Of a DNA stretch of 64,000 nt, positions 25,444 through 34,063 are shown in pieces (position 1 is the stretch's first letter; every line of letters starts with the position of its first letter). The DNA is taken from the IMG/VR virus record IMGVR_UViG_3300034200_001443, positions 70,381 to 134,380 of that record; one strand, given 5' to 3'. The notes beneath the pieces are model-generated. The model had not been told where the DNA came from, did not search any database, and saw only the letters and a program-made list of their open reading frames with translations. This stretch comes from a virus. Made by a program: the position numbers and the translations under genes.

Positions 25444-25671
25444 TTAAAATCCATTTTCCTGTTCTCCTATGAAGTTCTCTACTTTGGTCAGGTGAAAGCC
25501 CATTGTCTTTTCGCACTTGAACCATGTTAGCTCGATTCCATATTTGTCCCTAGTAGAGATTATTATAGAGAAGATTGTTTTTGGGTCTCTATAGATTTTC
25601 TTATAATTATGATGATGACATCTGGTTAGGGTTGACCATGTCTTGGGTTTTCTAGGATGCTCTGATTTCAT
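25444..25671 (-). CDS. Hypothetical protein
   Basis: C...K..Y...C...GFHLT pattern. Confidence 0.55.
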   Translation of the reverse strand: MKSEHPRKPKTWSTLTRCHHHNYKKIYRDPKTIFSIIISTRDKYGIELTWFKCEKTMGFHLTKVENFIGEQENGF

Positions 25672-25879
25672 CTCTTCTCCACCCTACAAATGATTTAACA
25701 TATACAACTCCATAAGCAAGTGCAGATACAATAAAACCATACTGCTTAGTTTCTAAGGCATACACAATCCAAAGACATTCGCTGACACAGAGAATGAGCC
25801 AACCCCAAATGGTTTTTCTTCCCACAAAAAAGATTCCTGTGACACCAATTATTGCCAATACATAGGACCAGTACTCCAT
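25652..25879 (-). CDS. PnuC-like small three-TM membrane protein
   Basis: GRKTIWGW...LWIVY...QYGFI. Confidence 0.55.
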   Translation of the reverse strand: MEYWSYVLAIIGVTGIFFVGRKTIWGWLILCVSECLWIVYALETKQYGFIVSALAYGVVYVKSFVGWRRDEIRAS

Positions 25880-26220
25880 TAAATATCCTCTACTGCTTTA
25901 TCAAGTTTAAACTCTTGACCCTCCACATAGGGTTTGTCATTAAAGCCGTTAGCATCTGTAGCCGTTTGACCAGTGAGTATATCCATGGCATGTCTAAGTC
26001 CTAGGGTGTAAAGACTTGTATCTGCTTGTCCATAGACAGACTCCCAGTAGTCGATCTTCTCTTGGAGCTTTTCTACTTGGCTATCTTGTAAATCCATGGC
26101 TGCTTTTTTCATGGCAAGGTAGATGTCCAACTGAGTATCTGAGTCAAACTTCTTTTGGGCAAGTAAAGAAGTTAGGGTGTTGAAAATGGTTTCTTGAAAG
26201 TTTTTATCTAGTTCGCTCAT
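25879..26220 (-). CDS. Hypothetical protein
   Basis: Coupled operon. Confidence 0.6.
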   Translation of the reverse strand: MSELDKNFQETIFNTLTSLLAQKKFDSDTQLDIYLAMKKAAMDLQDSQVEKLQEKIDYWESVYGQADTSLYTLGLRHAMDILTGQTATDANGFNDKPYVEGQEFKLDKAVEDI

Positions 26221-26756
26221 GAGGCAACTCTACACTTCTGACAAACAAAATCATCGTAGCCAATAGAGCCTTCAGTCTGCTTTAAGGTTTTATCTGAGTT
26301 AAAGACTGCAGGGATGATTCTGTCTTGTTCTGTTGTGCAACCGCAGAGAAGGCAGGTGCGTTCTACTAACCATTTTATTGTACTATTTTCAACTTTAGAT
26401 AGAGCCCTAATACCTCTAGTTAAAGCATGAAGTTCACCTGACCCAGTAGTCTTCTTTAGGAAGTACTTGGTGTTAGAGACTTCTAGTACAGGTATCAACC
26501 TGCGACAACTACAACTCTGTGCATTAGGAGTGCATTTGAATGGTTCAGTTGGATCGCTCCATTTTAAGATAGCAACAGGTTTTTCCCAACCTATTGTTGC
26601 TGCAGCCTTGTGTCTATCCATAGCATGACCACAGATACAGATTCTTCGATCCACCCCTTGTTTATTTACTAGAGATGTATCGTGTGTATCTATTTCGTGA
26701 GGATCTATTCCCATGTCAGCCAACATATCTAAAGCTGGGTTACTCATTGAAGCCAC
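26217..26756 (-). CDS. Cys/His-rich zinc-binding protein
   Basis: CICGH...H, CSC, CLLC and CQKC. Confidence 0.65.
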   Translation of the reverse strand: MASMSNPALDMLADMGIDPHEIDTHDTSLVNKQGVDRRICICGHAMDRHKAAATIGWEKPVAILKWSDPTEPFKCTPNAQSCSCRRLIPVLEVSNTKYFLKKTTGSGELHALTRGIRALSKVENSTIKWLVERTCLLCGCTTEQDRIIPAVFNSDKTLKQTEGSIGYDDFVCQKCRVAS

Positions 26757-26973
26757 CTCTCTGTTCTTTTAGTCTTTCAACAATGTCAGAAAACTCTGCT
26801 TCAGTCTGAGCCCTATCGTGCATCTGACCAAGCATCTCTTCCATAACAATCATCTTTCGCTTTGTAGCATGACGCTTCATAAGAAGCATTGTCGTATACA
26901 TCGACACTAGAGTTGTTAAACTGCATGTCGCACCAATTAAAGCCATATCTAAAATAGTCAGGCTCATTGTCAT
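26740..26973 (-). CDS. Small membrane-anchored protein
   Basis: N-terminal TM helix. Confidence 0.55.
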   Translation of the reverse strand: MTMSLTILDMALIGATCSLTTLVSMYTTMLLMKRHATKRKMIVMEEMLGQMHDRAQTEAEFSDIVERLKEQRGGFNE

Positions 26974-27239
26974 TTATCTGTCCTTTCGTCTTTTTTGTTT
27001 ATTGTATAACCTTCTTCATCAAGTGCCCTTAGCATTGCCACAACATCGTCATAAGCAATCTCGGACCATTTTTCTATATCCGTTGGTATGTTTCTAGGAA
27101 ACCACCGTTTTAGTAAACCCACTGCTGCTGTCTGAATTATCTCAAACTCAACAGCATCAGCGAACTCATCATCAGAAAGATTGCTGACTAACTTAAGATG
27201 ATTGGTTACATCACTTGGTTGATTCATCATCCACCACAT
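26970..27239 (-). CDS. Hypothetical protein
   Basis: Coupled operon. Confidence 0.55.
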   Translation of the reverse strand: MWWMMNQPSDVTNHLKLVSNLSDDEFADAVEFEIIQTAAVGLLKRWFPRNIPTDIEKWSEIAYDDVVAMLRALDEEGYTINKKDERTDK

Positions 27240-27393
27240 CCGAAACTAACTCCGTCCATGTTTTTTGAACACTCAACAAAACTTCAACATCTGCTTTTAT
27301 AGAATTAACTGCCTTCATTAAAAGGTCAATCTTTTTCTCAAAAGCTTTGATCTCTTTTTCCAAGAGCCAAATCCTTTTCTCAACTTCGTCCAT
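27211..27393 (-). CDS. Coiled-coil protein
   Basis: GAAGGAG RBS; heptad pattern. Confidence 0.6.
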   Translation of the reverse strand: MDEVEKRIWLLEKEIKAFEKKIDLLMKAVNSIKADVEVLLSVQKTWTELVSDVVDDESTK

Positions 27394-27410
27394 CGTCTCT
27401 CCTTCGTTAC

Positions 27411-27900
27411 AATAAACCTATAGCATCTATAATCTATAGTCAAGCAATAATACTTGTCAATACTATACCACTATATTACTATATTTTACTATAGTGGGTA
27501 TGTAGGACTATGGATTTTGATAGGTCCGTAGCGCACACATACACGCGATGTAAAACTATAGTTCTACATACTATATATAGTGTATAGTTTTATAATCATG
27601 CGGTAGCCATAACTCTTTCAAAATATTTAGTTTTTTCTGACCGCATGTTTTTTAGAGCTTTTACCCCCTCTTTTTTCTAGTTTTAATTTTGATCTATTTT
27701 AGACCCCCTAAAAGGGAAAAGTCAATTATATCTTTAAAATACTTTAAAATTATTTTAGAACCGCATGATTATTAAATTATACCTCTATAGAGGGTATGTA
27801 GAACTATATTTTTGGAAAGTTTCGCCTAGGAAAAAATTAATTATTTATCGCCCAGACTTGACAAAAAGTATAGTCCTACATAAGCACTATAGTCTTATAG
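27411..27900. other. Candidate replication origin (AT-rich, inverted iteron-like repeats)
   Basis: Four TATGTAGRACTAT copies in two inverted pairs, plus an ATAATCATGCGGT inverted repeat, near the gene-strand switch. Confidence 0.5.
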
Positions 27901-27907
27901 TCAGTAT

Positions 27908-28567
27908 TTAGGGTAGGTAGACTGTCTCTTTATGATGCTTGACCCTGACCATAGGGTCGACCATAACCCTATACCCAGCTCTCCTAGCATTGTTGCAAAA
28001 AGAGTAATCCTCCCCAACATTGCACTCAAAGTCCACTTCGTCCCATTTGACCCTATCAATCAAAAACCATGGCCTAGGGGTATTTTCAAATACCTCAGCC
28101 TTCATAGCCACAAACCCAAATCCAACTCCCCCTACCTCTAGGGGTTCAACATCTAACATAAACTCGCTCCTATTGACCTTCTTAGGGCGACCCTTCTCAT
28201 CTAACTTGTTAACTGCCACCGTTCCATCAGGCGAGGTCTGGTAAAGCCCGGAAATAATATCTAGGGGTGAGTCCAACAGCTTCAGGAAATCACCTACCTC
28301 CCATTCGATGTCTGAATCGATCCAGAAGATTTTTTCACAGCTGAAGGCCCCGGAACCAATAACCCGAGTTTCCCAGTTATGGCTGTAGGTGTCCGTTGCT
28401 GTAAGTTCTCGAGCACTTGGCACAAAGGATGAATACTTGTTTAGCCAAATGTAGGACTTACCCAAACGATCTAATTCAGAGCATGTAAGTATTAAACTTT
28501 TAACATACTCAGCTTTCATGCTATGGCCGGGAGTTGCTATCGCTACATCGTAATGGGGTGTCGTCAT
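27908..28567 (-). CDS. GT-A fold glycosyltransferase-like protein
   Basis: FWIDSDI (DxD), GVGFGF and GEDYSFC...HHK. Confidence 0.75.
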   Translation of the reverse strand: MTTPHYDVAIATPGHSMKAEYVKSLILTCSELDRLGKSYIWLNKYSSFVPSARELTATDTYSHNWETRVIGSGAFSCEKIFWIDSDIEWEVGDFLKLLDSPLDIISGLYQTSPDGTVAVNKLDEKGRPKKVNRSEFMLDVEPLEVGGVGFGFVAMKAEVFENTPRPWFLIDRVKWDEVDFECNVGEDYSFCNNARRAGYRVMVDPMVRVKHHKETVYLP

Positions 28568-28603
28568 ATATCGAATACTACATTATGCGACTATTATTTG
28601 ACT

Positions 28604-28819
28604 ATGCAAACACCCCAACAAGAACCCACAGAAGTAGAGTGTTCTTGGGAGGGTTGTCCTTCTCACCAAACTTTTACCCCAGCAAGAGCCATCACAGTTC
28701 ATTGGCCAAGAGCGATACAGAAGGTAAGATATTTTCATTCAACAGAGTGCCTATCTTCATGGGCTCAAAGTTTTCCATCAGGACTATTGATTACTGGAGA
28801 GGATTCAGTTAATGTATAA
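28604..28819 (+). CDS. Small zinc-binding protein
   Basis: CSWEGC...FHSTECL; start MQTPQ. Confidence 0.5.
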   Translation: MQTPQQEPTEVECSWEGCPSHQTFTPARAITVHWPRAIQKVRYFHSTECLSSWAQSFPSGLLITGEDSVNV

Positions 28820-28836
28820 CTTGTTTCCTAATAAAT

Positions 28837-29019
28837 ATGTTTGACAAACAAACCAATACTCAAGAGGTAGCAGAAATGGCTGCCAAACTTATTACTCAAG
28901 GTTACATGGTTCAAAAAATTTGTTGTGGCGAGTGTGATCAAGATGACCTTCTAGTTCAGGTTCACACTTGCAATCCTCACAATTACACACATAATTGCAC
29001 ACCTAAAAGAAAGAAGTAA
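28837..29019 (+). CDS. Small Cys/His-rich protein
   Basis: CCGEC...HTC...H. Confidence 0.45.
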   Translation: MFDKQTNTQEVAEMAAKLITQGYMVQKICCGECDQDDLLVQVHTCNPHNYTHNCTPKRKK

Positions 29020-29021
29020 TA

Positions 29022-29255
29022 ATGTGCGAGAACGTTGCAGTAACTTGGAGTCAGTACGATACAGTAAGAGATCAAATAGAAAACGATGTACGACATAAGA
29101 TTTATGATGAACTTAAAGAAGTAATCGAATACTCTAAACTTCATAAGCTTTCGGATCAGTTTATTGCGGGACTTGAGTGCGCTCAGTCGAAGGTGATAGG
29201 CTTCAAAGTAGAAGAAATAGAGCAAAACGACCAAAGCGTGTTGTTCGACATCTAG
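29022..29255 (+). CDS. Hypothetical protein
   Basis: ORF track; co-oriented with the RNR gene. Confidence 0.55.
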   Translation: MCENVAVTWSQYDTVRDQIENDVRHKIYDELKEVIEYSKLHKLSDQFIAGLECAQSKVIGFKVEEIEQNDQSVLFDI

Positions 29256-29316
29256 TAGAATTTCCATCTAGGGTTTCCTAGTAGTAATCAATCATTTTTG
29301 TTAAGAGGAGATAGTT

Positions 29317-31359
29317 ATGTCTGTTGCATTTTCATTTAAGCTTTCTGAAGAGTTTGTCTCCTCATATAAGGAAAAACAATCACCATTTGGTTACAAGGAT
29401 GCAGGTGGAAACTCTGTAGGTGAGATTACCTTTCTTAGGACTTATTCTCGCTTAAAAGAAGATGGAACCAAAGAGACTTGGGTTGATGTCTGTGAGCGTG
29501 TTATTAATGGCATGTACTCCATTCAAAAAGACCATTGCAAGACTTCACGACTCCCTTGGTCAGACACTCGTGCAGCAGCTTCAGCTAAAGAAGCATTTGA
29601 CCGTTTATTTAATTTGAAGTGGACTCCACCCGGACGTGGTCTTTGGGTTATGGGAACACCACTTGTTAATGAGCAAAAGAACTCTGCAGCTTTACAAAAT
29701 TGTGCTTTTGTATCTACAAAGGAAATGACAAAAAACGATCCAGCAAAACCATTTGCATTTCTTATGGAAGCATCAATGCTTGGCGTTGGCGTTGGTTTTG
29801 ATGACCTTGGTGCAGATAAAGATTTCACTATCTATAAGCCAAAAGATGAAGTATCAATTGTTGTAGTTGCAGATACTCGTGAAGGTTGGGTAGACACAAC
29901 TGCACAACTTATTAATTCATATTTAAAACCAGACCAACCAACATTTGAATATGACTACTCACTTGTTCGTCCAGCAGGTGCTCCTATTAAAATCTTTGGT
30001 GGAACTGCAGCAGGTCCAGATCCACTTATTAAACTTCATAACTACATTAGAAAGTTGTTTACTGGTCGTGAAAATGAAAAAGTCACTCGTACTGATATCG
30101 CCGATATTGGTAATCTCATTGGCGTGTGCGTTGTTTCTGGCAATGTTCGTCGCTCTGCTGAACTCCTTATCGGAAGATTAGACGATGAAACATTCCTTAA
30201 TTTAAAGAACGCAGAAGTATTTCCAGAGCGCAACTCATATGATCCTAAATCTCCCGGTTGGGGATGGATGTCTAACAACTCTGTTGCAGCAGAGGTTGGA
30301 CAAGACCTATCAGGAATTGTTGAAGGCATTGCACTCAATGGAGAACCCGGAGTTGTTTGGCTTGACCTATCACGCAAGTATGGTCGCCTAATTGATCCAC
30401 CTAATAACAAAGACCATCGCATTATGGGATACAACCCTTGCGCTGAACAATCTCTTGAGTCATATGAAATGTGCACCCTTGTTGAAACTTATTTAAATCG
30501 CCACGATGACTTAGAAGATTTCAAGCGCACTTTAAAGTTTGCATATCTTTACGCTAAGACTGTAACTCTTCTTCCAACACACTGGGAAGAAACAAATGCA
30601 ATTATGCAACGCAATCGCAGAATTGGAACATCAATCTCTGGTGTAGCTAACTTTGCAGATCGTATTGGCTTACCAGTTCTAAAGGAATGGATGGATGCTG
30701 GATACAGCGTAGTTAAGAACTACGATATTACATACTCAGAATGGCTTGGTATTCGTGAGTCGATCAAGACCACAACCGTTAAGCCATCAGGAACCGTTAG
30801 CATTCTTGCAGGTGAGTCTCCAGGAGTTCACTGGACTCCAGGTGGAAAGCACTTCAATCGTGCAATTCGTTTTGCTAACTCAGATCCAATGCTTCCACTC
30901 TTTAAGATGGCAAACTACAGAGTTGAACCAGCATCAGAGTCTCCTGACACAACATCTGTTGTTTTCTTCCCAATTGAATCGCTAGCAGAGCGTGCAGAAA
31001 AAGATGTAACTATTTTTGAAAAGATGGCTCTTGCAGCAACTGCACAGCGCTACTGGTCTGATAATTCTGTGTCTGTAACTATTTCATTCAATCCAGAAAC
31101 AGAGAAGGAACATGTTGGAACTGTCCTACATATGTATGATGGCCAGCTCAAGACTGTTTCATTCCTACCATCTGGAAACTTTACATACCCTCAGATGCCA
31201 TACACACAAATTACAAAAGAAGAGTACGAGGAATACACAATGAAGTTATTCCCTATTGATTTCTCAGGTGTTTATGAAGGACTTGCTGCTGACGCTATCG
31301 GTGAGGCATACTGCACCACTGATGCTTGTGAGGTGAGGCTTATAAAGGAGAATCAATGA
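29317..31359 (+). CDS. nrdJ: Class II (AdoCbl-dependent) monomeric ribonucleoside-triphosphate reductase
   Basis: RTYSR, PPGRGLW, NC, NPCAEQ, VKPSGT and C-terminal CTTDAC. Confidence 0.93.
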   Translation: MSVAFSFKLSEEFVSSYKEKQSPFGYKDAGGNSVGEITFLRTYSRLKEDGTKETWVDVCERVINGMYSIQKDHCKTSRLPWSDTRAAASAKEAFDRLFNLKWTPPGRGLWVMGTPLVNEQKNSAALQNCAFVSTKEMTKNDPAKPFAFLMEASMLGVGVGFDDLGADKDFTIYKPKDEVSIVVVADTREGWVDTTAQLINSYLKPDQPTFEYDYSLVRPAGAPIKIFGGTAAGPDPLIKLHNYIRKLFTGRENEKVTRTDIADIGNLIGVCVVSGNVRRSAELLIGRLDDETFLNLKNAEVFPERNSYDPKSPGWGWMSNNSVAAEVGQDLSGIVEGIALNGEPGVVWLDLSRKYGRLIDPPNNKDHRIMGYNPCAEQSLESYEMCTLVETYLNRHDDLEDFKRTLKFAYLYAKTVTLLPTHWEETNAIMQRNRRIGTSISGVANFADRIGLPVLKEWMDAGYSVVKNYDITYSEWLGIRESIKTTTVKPSGTVSILAGESPGVHWTPGGKHFNRAIRFANSDPMLPLFKMANYRVEPASESPDTTSVVFFPIESLAERAEKDVTIFEKMALAATAQRYWSDNSVSVTISFNPETEKEHVGTVLHMYDGQLKTVSFLPSGNFTYPQMPYTQITKEEYEEYTMKLFPIDFSGVYEGLAADAIGEAYCTTDACEVRLIKENQ

Positions 31360-31808
31360 AAAATAGACTAGTACTGTCTTTTTTAGTTATTGGTTTGTTT
31401 TATGTTGGTTTGTCTTTTGTAAGTAAGTCCGACAACAACTGCGTCAACTTATATGTTGATTTTGGTTCTCTTAATGCTGAAACAAAAGTAGAAAAGTGTA
31501 TAGAAGTTTCTGCTGAAACAAATGCATTAGAGTTGTTGAAAATGTCTGGTTATACAACAGAAGGCACACAAAAATACGGTGATGCTGTTATCTGCAGACT
31601 CAATGATCTTCCAAATCAAACTGTGGAATCTTGTGAGGTTATGCCACCAGAAGATGCTTACTGGGCTGTCATAGTAAAAGAAAAGAAACTACTTCCTTTC
31701 TTTAACGAGTGGGGTTGGGCTCAGACAGGAATCAATGAGATTTCCTTATCTGAAGGCGACTCTTTAGGTCTGGTCTTTTCTACAAATGGAGATCTAAAAT
31801 GGCCTTGA
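31356..31808 (+). CDS. Membrane-anchored DUF4430/transcobalamin-beta-like protein (candidate cobalamin-binding)
   Basis: N-terminal TM; VDFG...C...ALELL..G...G...ICR.N..P...C..MPP..AYW...W..AQ.G...L..GD beta-grasp pattern. Confidence 0.55.
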   Translation: MKNRLVLSFLVIGLFYVGLSFVSKSDNNCVNLYVDFGSLNAETKVEKCIEVSAETNALELLKMSGYTTEGTQKYGDAVICRLNDLPNQTVESCEVMPPEDAYWAVIVKEKKLLPFFNEWGWAQTGINEISLSEGDSLGLVFSTNGDLKWP

Positions 31809-31930
31809 TGTTAAAAACTAAAGGCAAGACTTCTGCTGAAATTATCCTTCAACTATCAATAACTTTATCTTTTATGTATATTTCAAACAAACTTAGCGTA
31901 GACATTTGGCGCTCAATGACAGGACACTAA
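31799..31930 (+). CDS. Small single-TM protein (43 aa, not in ORF track)
   Basis: MALMLKTKGKTSAEIILQLSITLSFMYISNKLSVDIWRSMTGH; TAATG-coupled to pduO. Confidence 0.5.
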   Translation: MALMLKTKGKTSAEIILQLSITLSFMYISNKLSVDIWRSMTGH

Positions 31931-32493
31931 TGGTTCACCTAACTAGAATTTACACAAAGACAGGCGACGATGGCACCACTTCTCTTGGAGACATGAGTAG
32001 AACTTCTAAAAATGACCCAAGACTTGAAGCCTTTGCAACCGTTGATGAAGCTAATTCCTACCTAGGTGTAGTGCTTTTACATGTAACTAATCCTGTTATA
32101 AAAGATTTACTAACAACAATTCAAAACAACATGTTTGATGTGGGAGCAGATCTTTGTACTCCAGTTGTCGACAATCCAAAAATAAAGCCACTCAGAGTTA
32201 CACAGGAACAAATAGATTACTTAGAGCAACAGATTGATACCTACAATTCAGAGTTAGAGCCTCTTAACTCATTTGTACTGCCATCTGGCTCTTCAGCTTC
32301 TTCGCATCTCCATGTGGCAAGGACAATAGTTCGTCGTGCAGAAAGAAGGACTTGGCATGCTATTCATAGTTTTGGAGAAGGTGTAAATCTTCTGACAGCA
32401 AAGTATTTAAATAGACTTTCAGATCTATTATTTGTTTTAGCTCGATATGAAAATAAAGAAAGCGGCGATCAGCTGTGGGTGCCTGGAAACTAA
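31930..32493 (+). CDS. pduO: ATP:cob(I)alamin adenosyltransferase, PduO type
   Basis: IYTKTGDDGTT, TVDEANS, RRAERR and YLNRLSDLLFVLAR. Confidence 0.93.
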   Translation: MVHLTRIYTKTGDDGTTSLGDMSRTSKNDPRLEAFATVDEANSYLGVVLLHVTNPVIKDLLTTIQNNMFDVGADLCTPVVDNPKIKPLRVTQEQIDYLEQQIDTYNSELEPLNSFVLPSGSSASSHLHVARTIVRRAERRTWHAIHSFGEGVNLLTAKYLNRLSDLLFVLARYENKESGDQLWVPGN

Positions 32494-32584
32494 ATCTATT
32501 GTATTAAATAGTGTCGGCGAGGCTTGTTTAATAATCTATACTTACGACACTAAACTTATAACATTAAATTCATAAGGGAGAATC

Positions 32585-32887
32585 GTGCCATCAGTTAGCA
32601 CTTACCTAAAACCTATTCATTCCAATTGGGAGTGGCAGGAAGAAGGAGTATGTAGAAGTTTTGAGACTAATACTTTCTTTCTAGAGAATAGTCTTAGAGG
32701 AAAGAAAAAATCTCAAAAAGAAAAAATAGCCGTTTCTATATGCAATACTTGTCCCGTGAAGATGCAGTGCCTAGAGCACGCTCTCAACACTCCAGAAATT
32801 TATGGCGTCTGGGGAGGTATGACTGAAGAACAGCGCCATCAGATTTTAAGAAAGAGAGGGATTAAGTTTGAGTACATACGAGTATAG
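32585..32887 (+). CDS. whiB: WhiB-family transcription factor
   Basis: W....C...F...C..CPV...C...A...GVWGG.TE.QR. Confidence 0.92.
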   Translation: MPSVSTYLKPIHSNWEWQEEGVCRSFETNTFFLENSLRGKKKSQKEKIAVSICNTCPVKMQCLEHALNTPEIYGVWGGMTEEQRHQILRKRGIKFEYIRV

Positions 32888-33041
32888 ATGCGCTACCTGT
32901 AATAAATTAATGGATCTTGATTTCCCCTTTGGTCAAGCACCTCAAACTGCCCCATGTCCTACTTGTGGCAGCGAGGCTAAGAAATTTTTCGGCAAAACAT
33001 CTGTCATCTTTCGTGGTGGAGGTTGGGCTGGAAAGCGCTAG
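32868..33041 (+). CDS. FmdB-family zinc-ribbon protein (not in ORF track)
   Basis: MSTYEYRCATC...CPTCG...VIFRGGGW. Confidence 0.8.
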   Translation: MSTYEYRCATCNKLMDLDFPFGQAPQTAPCPTCGSEAKKFFGKTSVIFRGGGWAGKR

Positions 33042-33075
33042 GATAATCTAGTTCATTCTCGAGAAAAGGACATAT

Positions 33076-33417
33076 ATGGACATTCAGTTAGTAATACTTG
33101 TTGTCGGAGCTATTGGTGTAGTAATTGCTTACTACGCTATTAAGGAAGATAAACAAGATAAAGAAATTAAACGTCTTGTTGATCGCGCAATTGATCGTGA
33201 CAACGACGGCTGGGTTTTAGAAGGAACTCCTTTAGCTACTTACAGAGGTTCTAAGAAAAAGGCAGTTGTAAAGAAAAAGACAGTTGCCAAAAAGAAACCA
33301 GTCAAAAAGGCAGTGGCAAAAAAGAAAGCTAGCCCTGCCAAAAAGTCTGTAAAGAAAAAGGCAGCAGCGCCAAAGAAGAAGAAGAAGAAAGCAGTGGCTA
33401 AAAAGAAGTCACGCTAA
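33076..33417 (+). CDS. Membrane-anchored histone H1-like Lys/Ala-rich protein
   Basis: N-terminal TM, DRDNDG, then AKKK repeats. Confidence 0.7.
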   Translation: MDIQLVILVVGAIGVVIAYYAIKEDKQDKEIKRLVDRAIDRDNDGWVLEGTPLATYRGSKKKAVVKKKTVAKKKPVKKAVAKKKASPAKKSVKKKAAAPKKKKKKAVAKKKSR

Positions 33418-33424
33418 AGTCTAC

Positions 33425-33463
33425 AAAATAGGGGGGTCTGGAAATAAAGACCCCTCTATTTTT
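33425..33463 (+). terminator. Intrinsic terminator
   Basis: AAAATAGGGGGGTCT/AGACCCCTCTATTTT. Confidence 0.75.
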
Positions 33464-33479
33464 GTTTTATACTATTACA

Positions 33480-33528
33480 GTGACTGCCACAAGGGGTCAC
33501 ATAAACCGTTACCGCCTAAGGGGGTAGC
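33480..33528 (+). promoter_or_regulatory. hsp20 leader with two iso-structural hairpins
   Basis: GTGACT-G-CC-ACAA-GG-GGTCAC and GTTACC-G-CC-TAAG-GG-GGTAGC following a TATACT -10. Confidence 0.6.
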
Positions 33529-33544
33529 AGAAAGCGAGACAGTC

Positions 33545-34000
33545 ATGTCTAGATTAGTACCATCAAATCAAACATATACACCAATAACAACAACTTGGTC
33601 CCTACCTCAAATAGATAGTTGGACAGTTGGTTTTGATAGACATTGGAAGTTATTGGAAGATCTTCATAGTTCCACAACAAAGAACACTTATCCTCCATAC
33701 AACATCCTCAAAATGAGCGATGAAAGTTATGGTGTAGAGCTTGCTTTGGCTGGCTTTAATAAAGACGAGATCGAGATTGTTCATCATAACGGAATTCTAA
33801 AAATCTCTGGAAAGAAAGATGTAGAGATTCTAGGCAGCTTTGTTCATAAAGGTATAGCTACTAGAGACTTCGAGCATCAATTTGCGCTTGCAGATTATGT
33901 AGAAGTTAAGTCAGCAACCTTTGAAAATGGCATTCTAAGCATTTATCTCAAGCAAGAACTTCCAGAAGAAAAGCGCCCAAAGGCAATTCAAATTCAGTAA
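33545..34000 (+). CDS. Small heat-shock protein Hsp20 (IbpA-like)
   Basis: YPPYNI, LAGF, HKGIATRDF and FENGIL. Confidence 0.93.
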   Translation: MSRLVPSNQTYTPITTTWSLPQIDSWTVGFDRHWKLLEDLHSSTTKNTYPPYNILKMSDESYGVELALAGFNKDEIEIVHHNGILKISGKKDVEILGSFVHKGIATRDFEHQFALADYVEVKSATFENGILSIYLKQELPEEKRPKAIQIQ

Positions 34001-34007
34001 TATATTC

Positions 34008-34037
34008 TAAGACCTGAGCATGTCTTAAAACTGCTCA
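34008..34037 (+). ncRNA. Candidate H-type pseudoknot
   Basis: TAAGAC/GTCTTA stem; loop TGAGCA can pair with downstream TGCTCA. Confidence 0.5.
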
Positions 34038-34063
34038 CCATTTTATTTTGATAGGGTGTCATA

